This document shows positions 23,401 to 35,214 of a stretch of 64,000 nt of DNA, piece after piece; the first letter of the stretch is position 1; every line of letters starts with the position of its first letter. The stretch is from Lama guanicoe. Lineage: Eukaryota. A program made the translations under genes and the position numbers. The stretch is taken from assembly GCA_013239625.1 (NCBI GenBank), contig MU054764.1:147983-211982 (forward strand), read 5' to 3'. Below the pieces are notes generated by a model. The model did no database searches and had not been told where the DNA came from. It worked only from the letters and a program-made list of their open reading frames with translations.

Positions 23401-26400
23401 TGCCGTCGGAGACCCCAGTGTCAGAAGGAAGGACACTTCATTGTTAGAATCGGCACCATCCTGTGCTTTCCATCTCTTGTGGATGCAGAGGGGGTCCAGC
23501 GGGGTCCCCTTGACCTCCAGCCTCCGAGTCTGTAGGTGGTGGCCTCCCGGAAGGGCCCCCAGGGGTGCCAGCCCTAATGACGAGCCCCTGTGGGCGTGAA
23601 GTGCATGGAGGGGGCACCCATCAGGGCTCTCCGGAGAAGCAGAACCCACCGGGTTTGGACTGGATTTGTTGCGAGAAATTGTCATCTGTGCCACTGCGGA
23701 GCTGGCGCGTCTGAAACCAGAGGCCGGAACCTCAGCCGGTGCCCCGGCGGCAGCCTTGACGCAGGACCCCGTCTCTGCTGTGAGGGCCTTCAACTGATCG
23801 GACGAGGCCCACCCACACTACCTGGGGTCACCTCCTTTACCCACAGTCTGCAGGTGCCAACCACGTTGACGAACCCCCACCCACACCCCCCGGCGGGGAC
23901 ACCTAGCCTGGTGTCTGACTGAACCCGTGGGGGCTGTAGCTGGGCCAACTGACCATCCCACAGGCCTTGGCCGGATTGCCTCTGGGAAGAGCGGCCTCTT
24001 TGTGTCATCGATGGGCCATCTCCCAGGGAGCTGCCCCCGGGCGTATAGTTGGCACTAGTCAGATAGATGGTGTTCACGGTGATGTCCGGGTGACGCTGGG
24101 CAGTTGCTCCCCTCCCATTTCCGACGTCAGGTGAGCTCAGGCGTCCCCGTCAGGAGGCCACACGACGCCCCGTCTTTTCAGGTTACAGCAACACGGAGGC
24201 GGCAGACCTGCACCTGGTCTCCGACGGCGCACACTCTCTCCACGGCCTCGCCGTGTACAATGACAGTCACGTCTGGGACCTCTTCACTCACTTGGACCTG
24301 GCCGCCCGGGACGGAGCGGAGCAGGCCCGCGGGGCTGTGGGGACGAAGGCGGATCGCCTGTTTCAGGTAGTGTAACCCTGGCGTCCCTGCTCACGGCCCG
24401 TCTGTCCTGCTGAAGGACTCGGGGTGAGGGGTCTCTGGCCGGGGATCGCGGGCACTGGTTTGGGAACAGCTGAGCGTCTGCCTCCTTGACGCCTGGGTGC
24501 TGCCTGGAGGCCGTGGACGGCCGGCTCGTGCAGGGGGTGGCGTGGGGGCGGCTGGCTGGTCCCAGCTCCTGACAGAGGCTTTTTCTGGGAAGGGATTGCC
24601 TTGAGTCGATGCACCATTTCCCCTGCATCGTTACATGCAACAGACTCTCGCTTCTGAGCGCTGGGTTTGCAAAGGGCTTCGCTCCCCTCCCTCCAGCGAG
24701 AACCTTCCGGGTTGACCTGCAAGACTGTGTGTGTCCCGTCAGGCGCTGTTCAGGCGGCAGGGCGGGGTCTGCCAGGGTGGGCGCAACCCTCGGCCCCCTC
24801 GGTCCCCGGCAGGCCTTTGCTGCGGCCAGAGCACATGTGCAGCTGGAGTCAGGCTGTGTGTCTGATGCAGGAGGAAGCCTGACACGGCATGGGGCCCAGA
24901 GCATGTGTGGGGGACAGACAGACACAGGGAGACAGAGAGACAGGCAAAGAGAGACATACGAAACAGAGAGACAAAGACGAAAGGGGGAGACAGAGACACA
25001 GAGACAGAGGCGAAAGGGGGAGACCGAGACACAGAGACGGAGACAGAGACAGAGACNNNNNNNNNNNNNNNNNNNNNNNNNNNNNNNNNNNNNNNNNNNN
25101 NNNNNNNNNNNNNNNNNNNNNNNNNNNNNNNNNNNNNNNNNNNNNNNNNNNNNNNNNNNNNNNNNNNNNNNNNNNNNNNNNNNNNNNNNNNNNNNNACCA
25201 AATACCCTAAACTGGGGATTTAGAAACACCAGGTGCAACCCGTCCCCCAGCCCCTCAGCCCCCCCAGCAGCTGCGACACAGGGACCTGGTGGTCATGAAT
25301 AGTCAGTGTAGACCCTCGGGCCACACACAACATACATCATTTTAAGACACACACACTTACACTTCTTCAAGAGGCTTTTTTTCCTTTTTCAAGTGGGTGA
25401 TTGTGTATATACATATATATGTAAATAATATATATATAAAAGACACTTTTTTTTAATCAGCGTAAAATTCACGTAACTTAAAATTTACCGTTGTGAACCC
25501 CTTTAAGGTGTACAATTCAAGAGCATTGAGGACATTTTCACAGCGTTTTACAACCACCACGTCTGTCTGGTCCCACGTCATTCCCCTGCTCTGTTGCCAC
25601 CCACCCCGCGACCCCTGCCGAGCCCCCACCCGCCGCGGCGCCGGGTGGCTCCTCACCTGGGGTGCAGGGCCGCCTGGGCCCCCCGTGGCTCTCCTCAGAC
25701 CCTGTCCCGTTTTGGGAATCCCACCAGCAGAGCGCGGAGACGACACTGCTGTTCATGAGGGCCATGCACGGCCTCAGCAAGCTGACCGCGCATGACGTGG
25801 CCACGGCCTTCGACCTGTCCCGATTCACCTCCGCCTGCGACCTGGGAGGTGAGTTCAGCCCCGTCGGGAGTCGGCTAGAAGCACCTCCATGCGTGTCTTT
25901 TCCTGTTAAGCTGCCGGCACCTTACCTGCTGATAAGACTTGCACAATGGGTTTATCTCTGCAAACTGCCTGATGACCCGTATTTGTCTAGGGTGGGTTCA
26001 GGGGCTTGAGCAGGTGTTCCCAAGTGCTAGGAGGTCCTGGGAAGGCCAGGACCCCGGTAGAGGTTACAGGACCCGTTCTGGTGGCTGCCTGGTAGGGGAC
26101 GGGCCCATGTGCCCCATCTCATCAGATCTGATTAGGCCACACACACCCTCTACCTCATCTCAGCCAGTCCTCACCCCAGGACAAAGGAGGAGCAGACGCC
26201 TGCCCAGGGTGTGTAGTGGCACTGGGGTCCTAGGATGACTGAGCTGCCAGCATGCATTTCCCCATCCTCTGCCCTCTGTTCCTCCTGGTGGTCCTGACTG
26301 GCTGCTGTGGCACCAGCCATCACGTCTGTATTCATGCAGCAGAAAGGAGAAGGGAAGAGTACAGCTCCCCCAGAGCTTTGCTGTAAGGATTCCTCGGGGA

Positions 26401-29400
26401 GTCTGCATCCACCCCACTCCTGTGCTCTGGGCCAGCACCAGCTCTGACACCAGCTCACGCGGCCCTGACTTGGAGACACCAGTGATCTCCCCACCAGCTG
26501 AGTTGACTTCACGGCACAGGCCTCGGGCCGTATCCTGGAGCATCATTCTCGTTTAGCCAGAGCTGAACTTTGGAGACCCACCAAGGCTTTTGTACACACC
26601 GGCAGGGTCCAGAGTCCACGTTTGCTTCCCACAGGCTGCACGGGCGCCCTGGCCCACGAGCTTGCCCGGGAGTACCCGCGTCTGCAGGTGACCGTGTTCG
26701 ACCTCCCGGACATCATTGAGCACGCCAGGGCCTTTCAGCCCGACGGACAGCGGACGGAGCACATCCGCTTCGTGCCAGGTCAGCGCAGCTCTGCGTCGGC
26801 TGGGTGTCAGCGCTTGGGTGACCTTACTTATTGCTTGTTCAGAGCGTGTGTGTGTGCCTCTGTATCTGTATGTATCTGTTTGTGCGTGTGTCTGTGTGTC
26901 TGCGTGTCCGTGCACGTCTGCACACACACAGGTGCACATCTCCAAATCCCAAGAACAGGAGTTTGAGGTTATCTGGGTGGGGAGTGGCCGGGCGGGAGGG
27001 CAGGTGGGGATGGCACTGGCGTCGGCAGGTGTCTAACCACTGACTGAGGCCACAGCAGCCAGTGACAGGGGAGCTACAGCAGGAGGGCCTTGGGGTAGAC
27101 GTGAGAAAGGACTTCCCGGCAGGACCGGATTGAAAGGAAACTTGGCTTCCTGTGACTCATGCGCACTGCAGCCTGGCCCGAGGAGGGATGTGCTCGTGGG
27201 ACCTCTACCCCACGACTTCTTGATACTGGTCTAGTTTAGAAAAGAGCCAGTCAGCCTGCTGCACACTGAATTGTGTCCCCAGATTCATATGTTGAAGCCC
27301 CACCCCGCTGCAGTGTGACTCTATCTGGAGGTAATTAAGGGTGAAGGAAGTCATGAGGGTGGAGTCCTACGCCAGTAAGACTGTGTCCTTAGGAGACGAG
27401 ACGTCAGGGACATCTGTCTAGCTGTCATTTATCTATTCTCTGTCTATCTACCGATCTATCAATTACCTCAGTCATCTGTATCTACCATCTAATCATCTGT
27501 CTATCCGTCCACACATTTATCTGTTCTATCTATCTATGTATCTATCTTTCTATCCATCCATCCATCTAATCAATCTATCATCAGTCTATCAGTCCATCCA
27601 TCCACTCATCCATCTTATCTATGTGTGTCTCTCTCTCTCTCTCTGTCTTTCTGTCCCCCTACTGTGAGGACACCACAAGTCAGTCACCCTCTACAAGCCA
27701 GGAAGAGAGTTCTCACCACGAACTGACCCTTCTGACACCTTGATCTTGGACGCCCAGCCTCCAGACTGGGAGACACAGTTGAACCGCCACCTCCCCAAGT
27801 CTGTGAGATTTTCTTGCAGCCCCCCCGAGCTGACGGAGACACATCCTAAAGCTTCAAATCTAGGCGCGGCTTGATGGAAGCCACCGCGCTGTTGACTCAC
27901 CGTATATAGGAAAACAGACACCGAAACAGGAAACAAAGCCAGGGCACTGTGGCCCCGTTCTCCACGCAGTCAGGACCGCCGCCTGGGGACTTGTCTGCAA
28001 CCCCGTGTAAACTCTCCCTTCACGCCAGTTTGCAACGCTGTCCTTCTTTGCTTTGTTCTGTGTGTGTGTCCGCGAGCTACGGCTCATCCTTTGTGGAACA
28101 AAGCGTGGGGGTAGGAGTGACAAACAGCAGATGAGCATTTGGCAGATGTCTGAGTGTCCGGGGGTGAGGAGGGGGCGGCTGGAGCAACTGACCCCCCAAA
28201 CGGGGGAGCTTAAAACCACAGGCATCCACCCTCCCCGGTCCTGGAGACCAGACGTCTGAGGTCAAGGTGTCCCAGAGCCACACTCCCTCTGGAGGCTCCA
28301 GGGGAGGGTCCCTCCTGCCTCTTCCAGCTTCTGGGAGCTCCGGGCATCCATCCCTGGGCTGGTGGCCGCCTCCCTCCCGTCTCTGCCTCCGTCTCCACGT
28401 GGCTTCTCCTCTGTGTCTCTGTCTCTACTGAGGTCACTGTCCTTGGATGCAGGGCCACCTCCTCCCGGAGGACTGTCTCTCAGGTCCTTCACTTCATCCC
28501 ATCTGCGGACACCCTGTTTGCAGATAAGGTCCTGTTCTGAGGTTTCAGGTGGGCCTGAGTTTTGGGGGACACAAGGTTCCCCACGGCAGGCAGTGTCTCT
28601 TTCTGGAGATGGAGGACCAGTGCTTCTGTCCCTGACGGTTGGTTCAATCCCGTTTCTTTTCGAACCAGGCGACTTTTTCACAGACGCCCTCCCGAGAGCA
28701 CAGCTGTACGTCCTTTCCAGAGTCCTGCACGACTGGCCGGACGACAGGGTCCACCACCTACTGACCCGGATCTCCAGCTGCTGCGAACCAGGTGAGATCA
28801 CGTCATTTACCTTTTTTTTTTTTAATCACATAAAGAGAGTTTCTTGACTTTTAAGAAAAGAGTAAACTTTTCTCCGAAGACTAACCCACGCTGTCCACCC
28901 AGCCCGCCTCCGTGCATAGTTCCCCGTCGCCCAGGGGACGACTGCGTTCTGGGGTGGAGGAAAGTGTTTCTGAACTTTTCAGCGACCACATCGGGGGCCT
29001 CAGGCTCCACTGCCTCCTCCTGGAAGGGCCCCGCGGGGCCGTGTCCCTCCCCGCGTCCCCGCTGGGCTCAGGCTCTACCTCTCGGACAGTTTCCGTCTGC
29101 GCCGTGTCCCCTGGCCGTGTCCACGGCGCTCAGGGCTGATGTGGGTCACTGGGCCCCTCCCCAGGCTCCCGCGTCCCCGCAGCAGAACGCACGTGTGTCC
29201 TGCAGGCCACGCGTTTCCCAAGGCGCCCCCGCTGGCTCTTCTGGGCGGTTATGAACCTTGAGCCGAGTAGCGGTCCTGGGGTCATCTTCAGTGCCGCCCC
29301 CATTTTCTGTCTCTTGAGGAGACGACCCCCATCCTTGGCCTCCTATTTTGGACAAACACCGGAGCAAGGGTAAAGTCCATCCCAGGGGCTGGGTGGGGGG

Positions 29401-31464
29401 GTCTTTCCAGGAACTGACCCTGCGGTGAATGTCCCAGGCTCCTGCCTCCCAGGACTCGTGTGGTTCAGCGTCATGGTGGCCCCTCCCCGGGGCTCTGGGC
29501 GCCCACAGGCTGGACCGGGCATCTCCGTCCCGGGTGCCCACGGCTGCCAGCTCGGGCACAGGCCCGGGCGGGGGGCGCAGGGGGACGTTTCCTCTGCCGC
29601 CCCCTTTCCTGTGTCTTCGCCCGCAGCATCCACGTGCCCCCGTTCTGTGTCCTCCCAGCTCCCAGAGGAAAGCCCGTCCCCCTTGCCAACTCTCGGGGGC
29701 GTCCCCCCGCTCTCAGACTCCCGGATGGATTTGTGTGGTTTTAAGGTTTTGTTCTGGCCACCCCAGGTTTTCACGTGGTCATGGCAACGTCACCTGGACG
29801 TCTGGGCTACCCTCCCCGAGAAGGTGGCCCCTGGAGGGCAGGTTCTGTTTGCTCCCTGCTGTGTCCGCAGCTCCAGAACAGAGCTCAGCACAGTGGACAT
29901 AACACAGTTGAGGAGGGAGGAGTTACAGAACTGTTTTTCCTGGGGGTGGGGCAGGGTCCGGGGGAGATGTGTGAGAGCCGGACGCTCACCCACCTTTCTT
30001 CCTTCTTTGCTTCCTTCCTTCCTTCCTTCCATGTTATTTCATTGAGTTGTAGTCAGTTTACGGGGACGGTTGGTTCTAAGTAGCATTTACACTGTGAAGG
30101 ATTCAGGCGCGGGGCTGGACCACGGGGGTGTGGTAGCTCTGACCTGCCGGCAGGAACCTCTTGTGAAAGTTTCGGGAGTCCTGTCCGCCCACTCAGGCCA
30201 AGCTGGCCACTTGAAACTGGCCGTGGACGGACTACCTAGAGCTCAGAAATCGGCAGGCACTGGGAGCCATGGCTGGGACTTCAGGGAGCCATAGCTGGGA
30301 CTTCAGGTTGCCTGCACCCTGGGGACAGTGGGGTCACAGATAAGTGACCTCCTTAATAGAAGTCTCTTGGAGCCAGTTGAGTTAACTCTGTGTACGTATT
30401 ACTTTGAAAAACATAAAAATTGATAGAAACCAGAGCGCACACATGCCATGATCCCAGTTTTTTTTTTTTTTAGTTGAGGTGTAGTTGCTGTACAAGTTAC
30501 AGGTGTACAACGTCGCGATTCACCATGTTTAAGGGTTATACCCCGCTGATAGTGATTATAAAATATTGGCTGTTTTCCCTGTGCTGGACACCACATCCTT
30601 GCAGCTTGTTTTATGCACCATAAGTTTTGTAGCTATGATCTCAGTTTTGTTAACTGCATGTTCACTGAGATGCCTAGAACCCACATCAGATTTTGCACCA
30701 AAAGTCTCCGTGTTCGCCCAAACCAAGGGGAGAAGGCTGCCGTGAGCTACCTCGTCCTGCCGCTCCACTTTGTACCCTGGCTTAGCTTCTCCATCCTTCA
30801 CAGACGTTTCTGAAAACAACTGTCATAGGGAGGTGGACAGGTACGGGTGTGCGTATACAGACGCACGCGTGCGCATGCTTGCTGCTTCTCAAAGCTGTTC
30901 ACAGAGGTTTTCTGCACCAACAGCCCAGTTCTGGGCGCCAGCGTGACTGGTGCAAACTCGGATCCAAGAAGGTCTGGCCCTGATCATCCGGTTTCCAGAC
31001 TTAACTGCGGGGTCCCTGCTGGCACCGCGGTCAGAACTCCCAGATGTCCCGGCGGTGAATGCCTTCACGGAGCCCTTGGGGCGCCCTACCCCTCCCCCCC
31101 CACCCCTTCTCTGTCTCCGGCTCGGTCTCTCTGGCCCCCAGGCTGCGCCCCTGTCTTCAGCCCCTCACCTGTAACTGGATCCCTGGGCCCCACGAGTGTT
31201 GGGCGCGACCCCAGCCGGCTTCTCCCCGCAGGCGGCGGCGTCCTGGTGGCGGAAGCGGCGGCGGCGGAGGAGGAGGAGGCGGCGGCGGCGGCGGCGCGGA
31301 GGCGAGGGCTGCAACCCCTGGGCGCGCTGCTGCTGGGCGCGGGGCGGCCCCGGAGCGCCCGCGAGCTCGGGCAGCTGCTGCGGCGACACGGCTTCCGGGA
31401 CGTGCGGGTGGCGCCCGCGGGGGACCTGCTGCGCGTGGTCCTGGGCACCCGGGCCGCGCCCTGA
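11233..31464 (+). CDS. ASMTL: ASMT-like bifunctional protein (N-terminal Maf/YhdE-type dTTP/UTP pyrophosphatase + C-terminal O-methyltransferase-like domain), 13 exons, ~624 aa
   Basis: join(11233-11325,13017-13148,14408-14455,16432-16496,17194-17255,18597-18705,20164-20560,22127-22289,24182-24366,25728-25848,26635-26778,28669-28791,31232-31464) = 1875 nt, open frame. Maf motifs LASASPRR, IGADT, EKP, DKAGGYGIQ, NVVGFPL. Methyltransferase motifs DLGGCTG, FDLP, GDFF, LHDW. Confidence 0.95.
13017..13148 (+). CDS. ASMTL: ASMTL exon 2 (GLRFEVV...ARRMHQ), GC donor
   Basis: acceptor ttccag; donor CAG|gcaagg; phase 0-0. Confidence 0.9.
13340..14140. repeat. AT-rich degenerate tandem repeat, ~80-bp period
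   Basis: AGAATT-like anchor at 13531, 13613, 13682, 13764, 13843, 14030. Confidence 0.7.
14408..14455 (+). CDS. ASMTL: ASMTL exon 3 (KDLRAPDVVIGADTIV)
   Basis: ttgcag / gtaag; contains Maf IGADT motif. Confidence 0.95.
15052..15215 (+). mobile_element. artiodactyl-type L1 3' end
   Basis: tcaatatcttgtaataacctataatggaaaa...taactgaaccactttgctgt.cacctgaaactaaca plus A-tail. Confidence 0.75.
15460..15825 (+). mobile_element. MaLR (MLT1A/B-like) LTR, family B
   Basis: tgtggactgaagtgtgtcccccc..ttcatatgttga start; aagaagaggagatgaggac core. Confidence 0.75.
15962..16345 (+). mobile_element. old L1M 3' UTR
   Basis: gaatattactcagcc...atccatagacacagaaagtgg...aaaatggtgaactttatg. Confidence 0.75.
16432..16496 (+). 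CDS. ASMTL: ASMTL exon 4 (TIGGLILEKPVDKQDAYRMLSR)
   Basis: ctgtag / gtggg; phase 0-2. Confidence 0.95.
17194..17255 (+). CDS. ASMTL: ASMTL exon 5 (LNGKEHSVFTGVVIVHCSDR)
   Basis: ttgcag / gtacc; phase 2-1. Confidence 0.93.
17826..18190 (-). mobile_element. MaLR LTR, family A
   Basis: reverse complement of the 5965-6349 core. Confidence 0.75.
18597..18705 (+). CDS. ASMTL: ASMTL exon 6 (DGRLHTEVLDFYEETTVKFSELSEELLWEYIDSGEPM)
   Basis: ttgcag / gtgag; phase 1-2. Confidence 0.95.
20164..20560 (+). CDS. ASMTL: ASMTL exon 7 (DKAGGYGIQ...linker...EGFKASK)
   Basis: ggcag / gtacgt; 397 nt; phase 2-0. Confidence 0.95.
20676..21570. repeat. long degenerate (TCTG/TCCA)n repeat
   Basis: direct reading. 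Confidence 0.85.
22127..22289 (+). CDS. ASMTL: ASMTL exon 8 (ALFTACKLNVFD...LLHKTDA), dimerisation region
   Basis: acag / gtgag; phase 0-1. Confidence 0.93.
24182..24366 (+). CDS. ASMTL: ASMTL exon 9 (GYSNTEAADLHLVSDG...DRLFQ)
   Basis: ttttcag / gtagt; phase 1-0. Confidence 0.93.
24912..25056. repeat. (GAGACA)n-type repeat next to a gap
   Basis: direct reading. Confidence 0.85.
25728..25848 (+). CDS. ASMTL: ASMTL exon 10 (QSAETTLLFMRAMHG...SACDLG); 5' boundary uncertain (25716 orthologous, 25728 or 25731 usable)
   Basis: donor G|gtgag is clear; the orthologous acceptor reads GG; in-frame CAG acceptors end at 25727 and 25730. Confidence 0.8.
26635..26778 (+). CDS. ASMTL: ASMTL exon 11 (GCTGALAHELAREYP...FDLP...IRFVP)
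   Basis: cccacag / gtcag; phase 1-1. Confidence 0.95.
27262..27840 (+). mobile_element. MaLR LTR interrupted by a (TCTA/TCCA)n repeat (27415-27650)
   Basis: ctgaattgtgtccccagattcatatgttgaag...gacaccttgatcttggac. Confidence 0.7.
28150..28570 (-). mobile_element. MaLR LTR, family A
   Basis: near-identical core to the 17826 and 57720 copies. Confidence 0.75.
28669..28791 (+). CDS. ASMTL: ASMTL exon 12 (GDFFTDALP...VLHDW...CCEP)
   Basis: accag / gtgag; phase 1-1. Confidence 0.95.
31232..31464 (+). CDS. ASMTL: ASMTL exon 13 (GGGVLVAE...HGFRDVRV...GTRAAP*)
   Basis: ccccgcag acceptor, TGA at 31462-31464; HGF motif and terminal ...AP resemble the recalled human C-terminus. Confidence 0.9.
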
Positions 31465-31543
31465 GGCGGCGGGGTCGTCCCGGGAGCCCCGCGGACCCCG
31501 GTCCGGGCGGGAAGGCTCCCCGCAGCGCGGGCGTCCCGGACGG

Positions 31544-31549
31544 ATTAAA
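31544..31549 (+). terminator. candidate ASMTL polyadenylation signal ATTAAA
   Basis: isolated AT-rich hexamer 80 nt after the stop codon within very GC-rich sequence. Confidence 0.6.
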
Positions 31550-34500
31550 GGGGGCCGCAAGGAAGCCCCGAGGTCTCCGCGCGTCCTCCGTGCGTCGCCG
31601 CGCGCGCGCAGCCTCGTTAGCACTGCGGGCCCGAGAGCCCGGGACCCCAGCTGCTGCCAGCGCCCCGCTGCTGCCCTCGCCCCTTCTCAGCCTGTGCGGA
31701 CGCCTCGGTGCGTCTGGACCCCCCTTGCCCATCTTTCACCCCTATTCCTGTCCGCCTTGTGCCCGCGGCTGCCGCGTGGGCACGGTGCAGCGGGTCCCGC
31801 CGCTTACCCTCAGGAACCCTGGACCGCGGGGCCGCCGCCCCGGTCGACGGTTAAACCTTATCCACGAGCGCAGGCGAGTGGCGGTTTACGGGGTTGAGAT
31901 GATTGTTCCCAGCGAATGTCCCCAACGTTCCCATCTGAGGCTAAGTCGGCTTTGTATTCAGTAACAGATCTGTTTCCGCAAAGAGGAGACCAGTACGAAA
32001 CCTTTTTCCTATGTTAGGCAGTAGTAAGTTGGTTGCAACTTCTACACTGACAGCTTGTACGTTATTGTTAGGAAAAACATCCCGTCAATGGTGTGCCTTC
32101 GAATCGGCCCCCTTTACGTGTGGACATACCCGGTGTCCTTTCAACTAAAACCACCAGAGACTGTTAGATACAGAGACAGACCCCTTCGAAGAACAGAGAT
32201 GTTTATATGTTAATTTTCTCTGTATAGGAATGTATTTTATAAGCTATGTATGTGAATAGCTACATGTTTATAAGTTACACAGTACTACACACACACACAC
32301 AAATATATAATTTTGGATGGACTCCAATTGTTTTTTTTTTAATCACAAATTCTGTCTCCGTGGGAGGCAGGGATACGGGAGGAAAGAAAATTAGGGACGA
32401 TTATATTGGGGGCCGTGCGGCCCCCCCGTTTGGTGTCCCGAGCGCTCCCGGTGAGACGGACAAAGGAGAAGGGTCGAGGCCCCTCCTATCCGTGTGACCC
32501 GGTGGGGACCTGCAGCCTCAGTGAGACAGCAGTCGGCGTCAGGGGACGGCAGAGCGCTCCGCCCGCCGCGGGTCCCTCCCCACCAGCTCCCCATCCCCCC
32601 GAAGTCCTGCCCCTCACGTGCCGGCAGGGCCACACCCTCCGCGCGCCAGACCCGGCCGGGCGCAGCTGGGGTGACGCCGACCGGGTCACCTTGGGCCACT
32701 CCCGTCAGTCAGCCTCCTTCCCATCCTGGGAGGAGAGCTGAGTTCCTGCGGGGGCCCCTGCCTCACCCAAGGGCACCTTGTCTCCACCGGCTGAGCGGTA
32801 GCGACCTGCAGTGTCCCCGATGACAAGTGACGGCATACGGCGCGCGCCCTCTAGCCCCTCGGCCCTCCAGATGCCAGGCTTGCGGGAAGAAACCGCGCTT
32901 CTTACCAGGGGGGCCCTGGCGCCCGTCCTGGGGCACCCGACCCCGTCGGTCCCGGCTTTGGGGAGCCCAGCGGGCGGGGGCCTAAGACCTCCCCCCTCAC
33001 TGCCCCCGAGTTCCCACACCGCGCCCTTAATACAAGGGCCCGCCCAGGGGACACCCCCAGGCCACGTGTGGAAGCGGTGATGGCCCACGGGTTTCCTTAT
33101 ATGTCTTTCCCTTTTGTGTGTTGGAACTTTTTGATTAAAAGTTTTTTAAGATGAGATGAAATAAGGCTTACACAGAACCTCTCTCCCTTTATTAGAAATG
33201 TGTACAAAACACAGTATCTTTAGGGGAGTTAGAGTAAGACTGTGCAGGTGTGGGTGCACACCCAGGCCCGTGTCCATTCTTTGTGGATCAGTGGGGATTT
33301 CTAGGCTGGAATTCCGCACCTGAGCTGACCCCCGCCCTCCAGGTGGCATTCATTCATTCATTCTCCAGCACATGTCCGAGTGCCCACTGCCTTCCGGGAC
33401 TGTTTGGACGCATCACTGGCTAACATCTTTCCTCTGCACAGGCCAGAGGTGGACGGGGTAGGGAGAGGGACCATAAGCCACCAGCATGCGCTCCCCAACC
33501 TACATTCCCTTGCAGGGTCCCAACCCAGTCGCCCAATAGTGTCACGTAAGGGCAGGGCTGGGTGCCTGGTGGAATCTTGGGCTGAGTCCCAAGACTGACT
33601 CACACAGGGCCTAGCTGTGGGCACATGCCTGCACCCCCACCCTGTCCCCCGGATGCCAACCTCATCCCTTCCATGAGTTGCTTGGAGTCATCAGCTAAAA
33701 CCTCGTATCTTTTAAAGCACCTCCTGTTTCTTTTAATGAATAAATCTGTTTTTCAGACACTCTAGGGGTACAGATTCAAAGTATCTTGCAGGCCAGCAGG
33801 GAGTTTATCTGTAACACCAAGTCCTCATTAAACCTTGGGATGGAGCTGAGGAAGGCAGGACAGGCCTCAGTCTCCCCAGCCCAGCCCTGGGGGTCTTGGA
33901 GTGTCACCTCTCCCTCCCCCCATGCCCATCCTCTCTCCCTTTCCAAAGCCAGCTGTGCCTTCTACCTGGACCCTCTTTTCCCAGGTACAAGGTATTCTGG
34001 GTTCTTGATGTGTGCGGTCCAAATGCTCTCCTGGGTCGGGGAGTATGGGGGCCATGCCAGCCCCCCAACACACACGCACACACAAGCGCGTGGGGCAGAT
34101 GGATGGGTCTAAGACTCACCTGAAATGCTCTTTAGGAAAAAGCATGTTCTGAACCCCATTTAGTGATGGGGTCACAGTCATCCATTTGTTCCAGGCGCGT
34201 TTGCCCAGCAGTCTGGGTGCTGGGCCCAGGCAAAAAGGGACCATCAAAGGAACCAACAGATAGTGTAGTGCTGACCCCTGGGGTGGGGTGGAATACAGGT
34301 AGAGCACAGGGAGGGGCGTCCCCGGGGAAGGAGAGGGGTTAGCCGCCCCCATCGGCCAGAGAGGAAGGTTCTGCTCTCCCCAGCAGGCTGTCAGGCAGAG
34401 GCACCTACACCCGGGGCCTCACAGCCTGATCCTGACTGACCAGCTTTGGCTGGTTGGCCCCTGTGGACCCAGAGGGCAGTGATAACCATCACCAGGGTCC

Positions 34501-35214
34501 CTACTCGCCCAGACAGGTTGATCCTGTGAACAAATGAGGTCAGAGGCGAGATGCTTTCTGCATCTGGGAGTACCCAGAGATGGCCCCCTGAGCAAATGCC
34601 CAGTTCCTGCCCAGAATCCACGGCCGCCCTGTCCTCTACTCCAGAGCCCTCTGGCTGCCGCAGGACCAGCCCCCCAAGTCCGTTCTCTATTCCCCAGTCC
34701 TGATGCCTCAGAATGTGCCAGAGCATCAATGCCCTTACCCACAGTCACCTGTCACCCTGTAAGTGACTGGAGCTGCCCCCACGGCCCTGGAGCTGGTCCA
34801 ACCTCAGTCTCCACCCCTTACCTGCCTCTCCGGGGAGGTCAAGAGGACAGAGGAAGATGGAGAAATGGCCGGTTCAGGGTGCCCCAGGCTTGAGCATTCT
34901 TGTTGGCATGCATCCATTCAGTGTCACCTGCTGGAGGGGATGCAGGGACCCCCCCCCAGTAAAAAACAGAGATAAAAAAAGAGAAAGGACATGAGAAAGA
35001 GAAAACGAGAAGAAATAGAGGCAGGGAACTAAGAAACAAAAAAAGAATCCTTGCGCCTGGGTTGTTACAGAGGCCCTCGTGGGTGCTGATACACCACCGT
35101 ATTCAGTTTGTGAAAATCCACAGTGATTCACTTGGGGCTTGGGCCACTGAGCTGCGGTTCAATAAAAAGTGCACATTTCAAAACATCTAGGTCTGATTTC
35201 CTTGGGGGGTGAGA

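Noticed and set aside
25699-25848. Using the ctcctcag acceptor (ending 25698) for the ASMTL exon 10 gene model
   Set aside because: It gives a 150-nt exon in the wrong phase (frameshift); kept only as a possible aberrant splice
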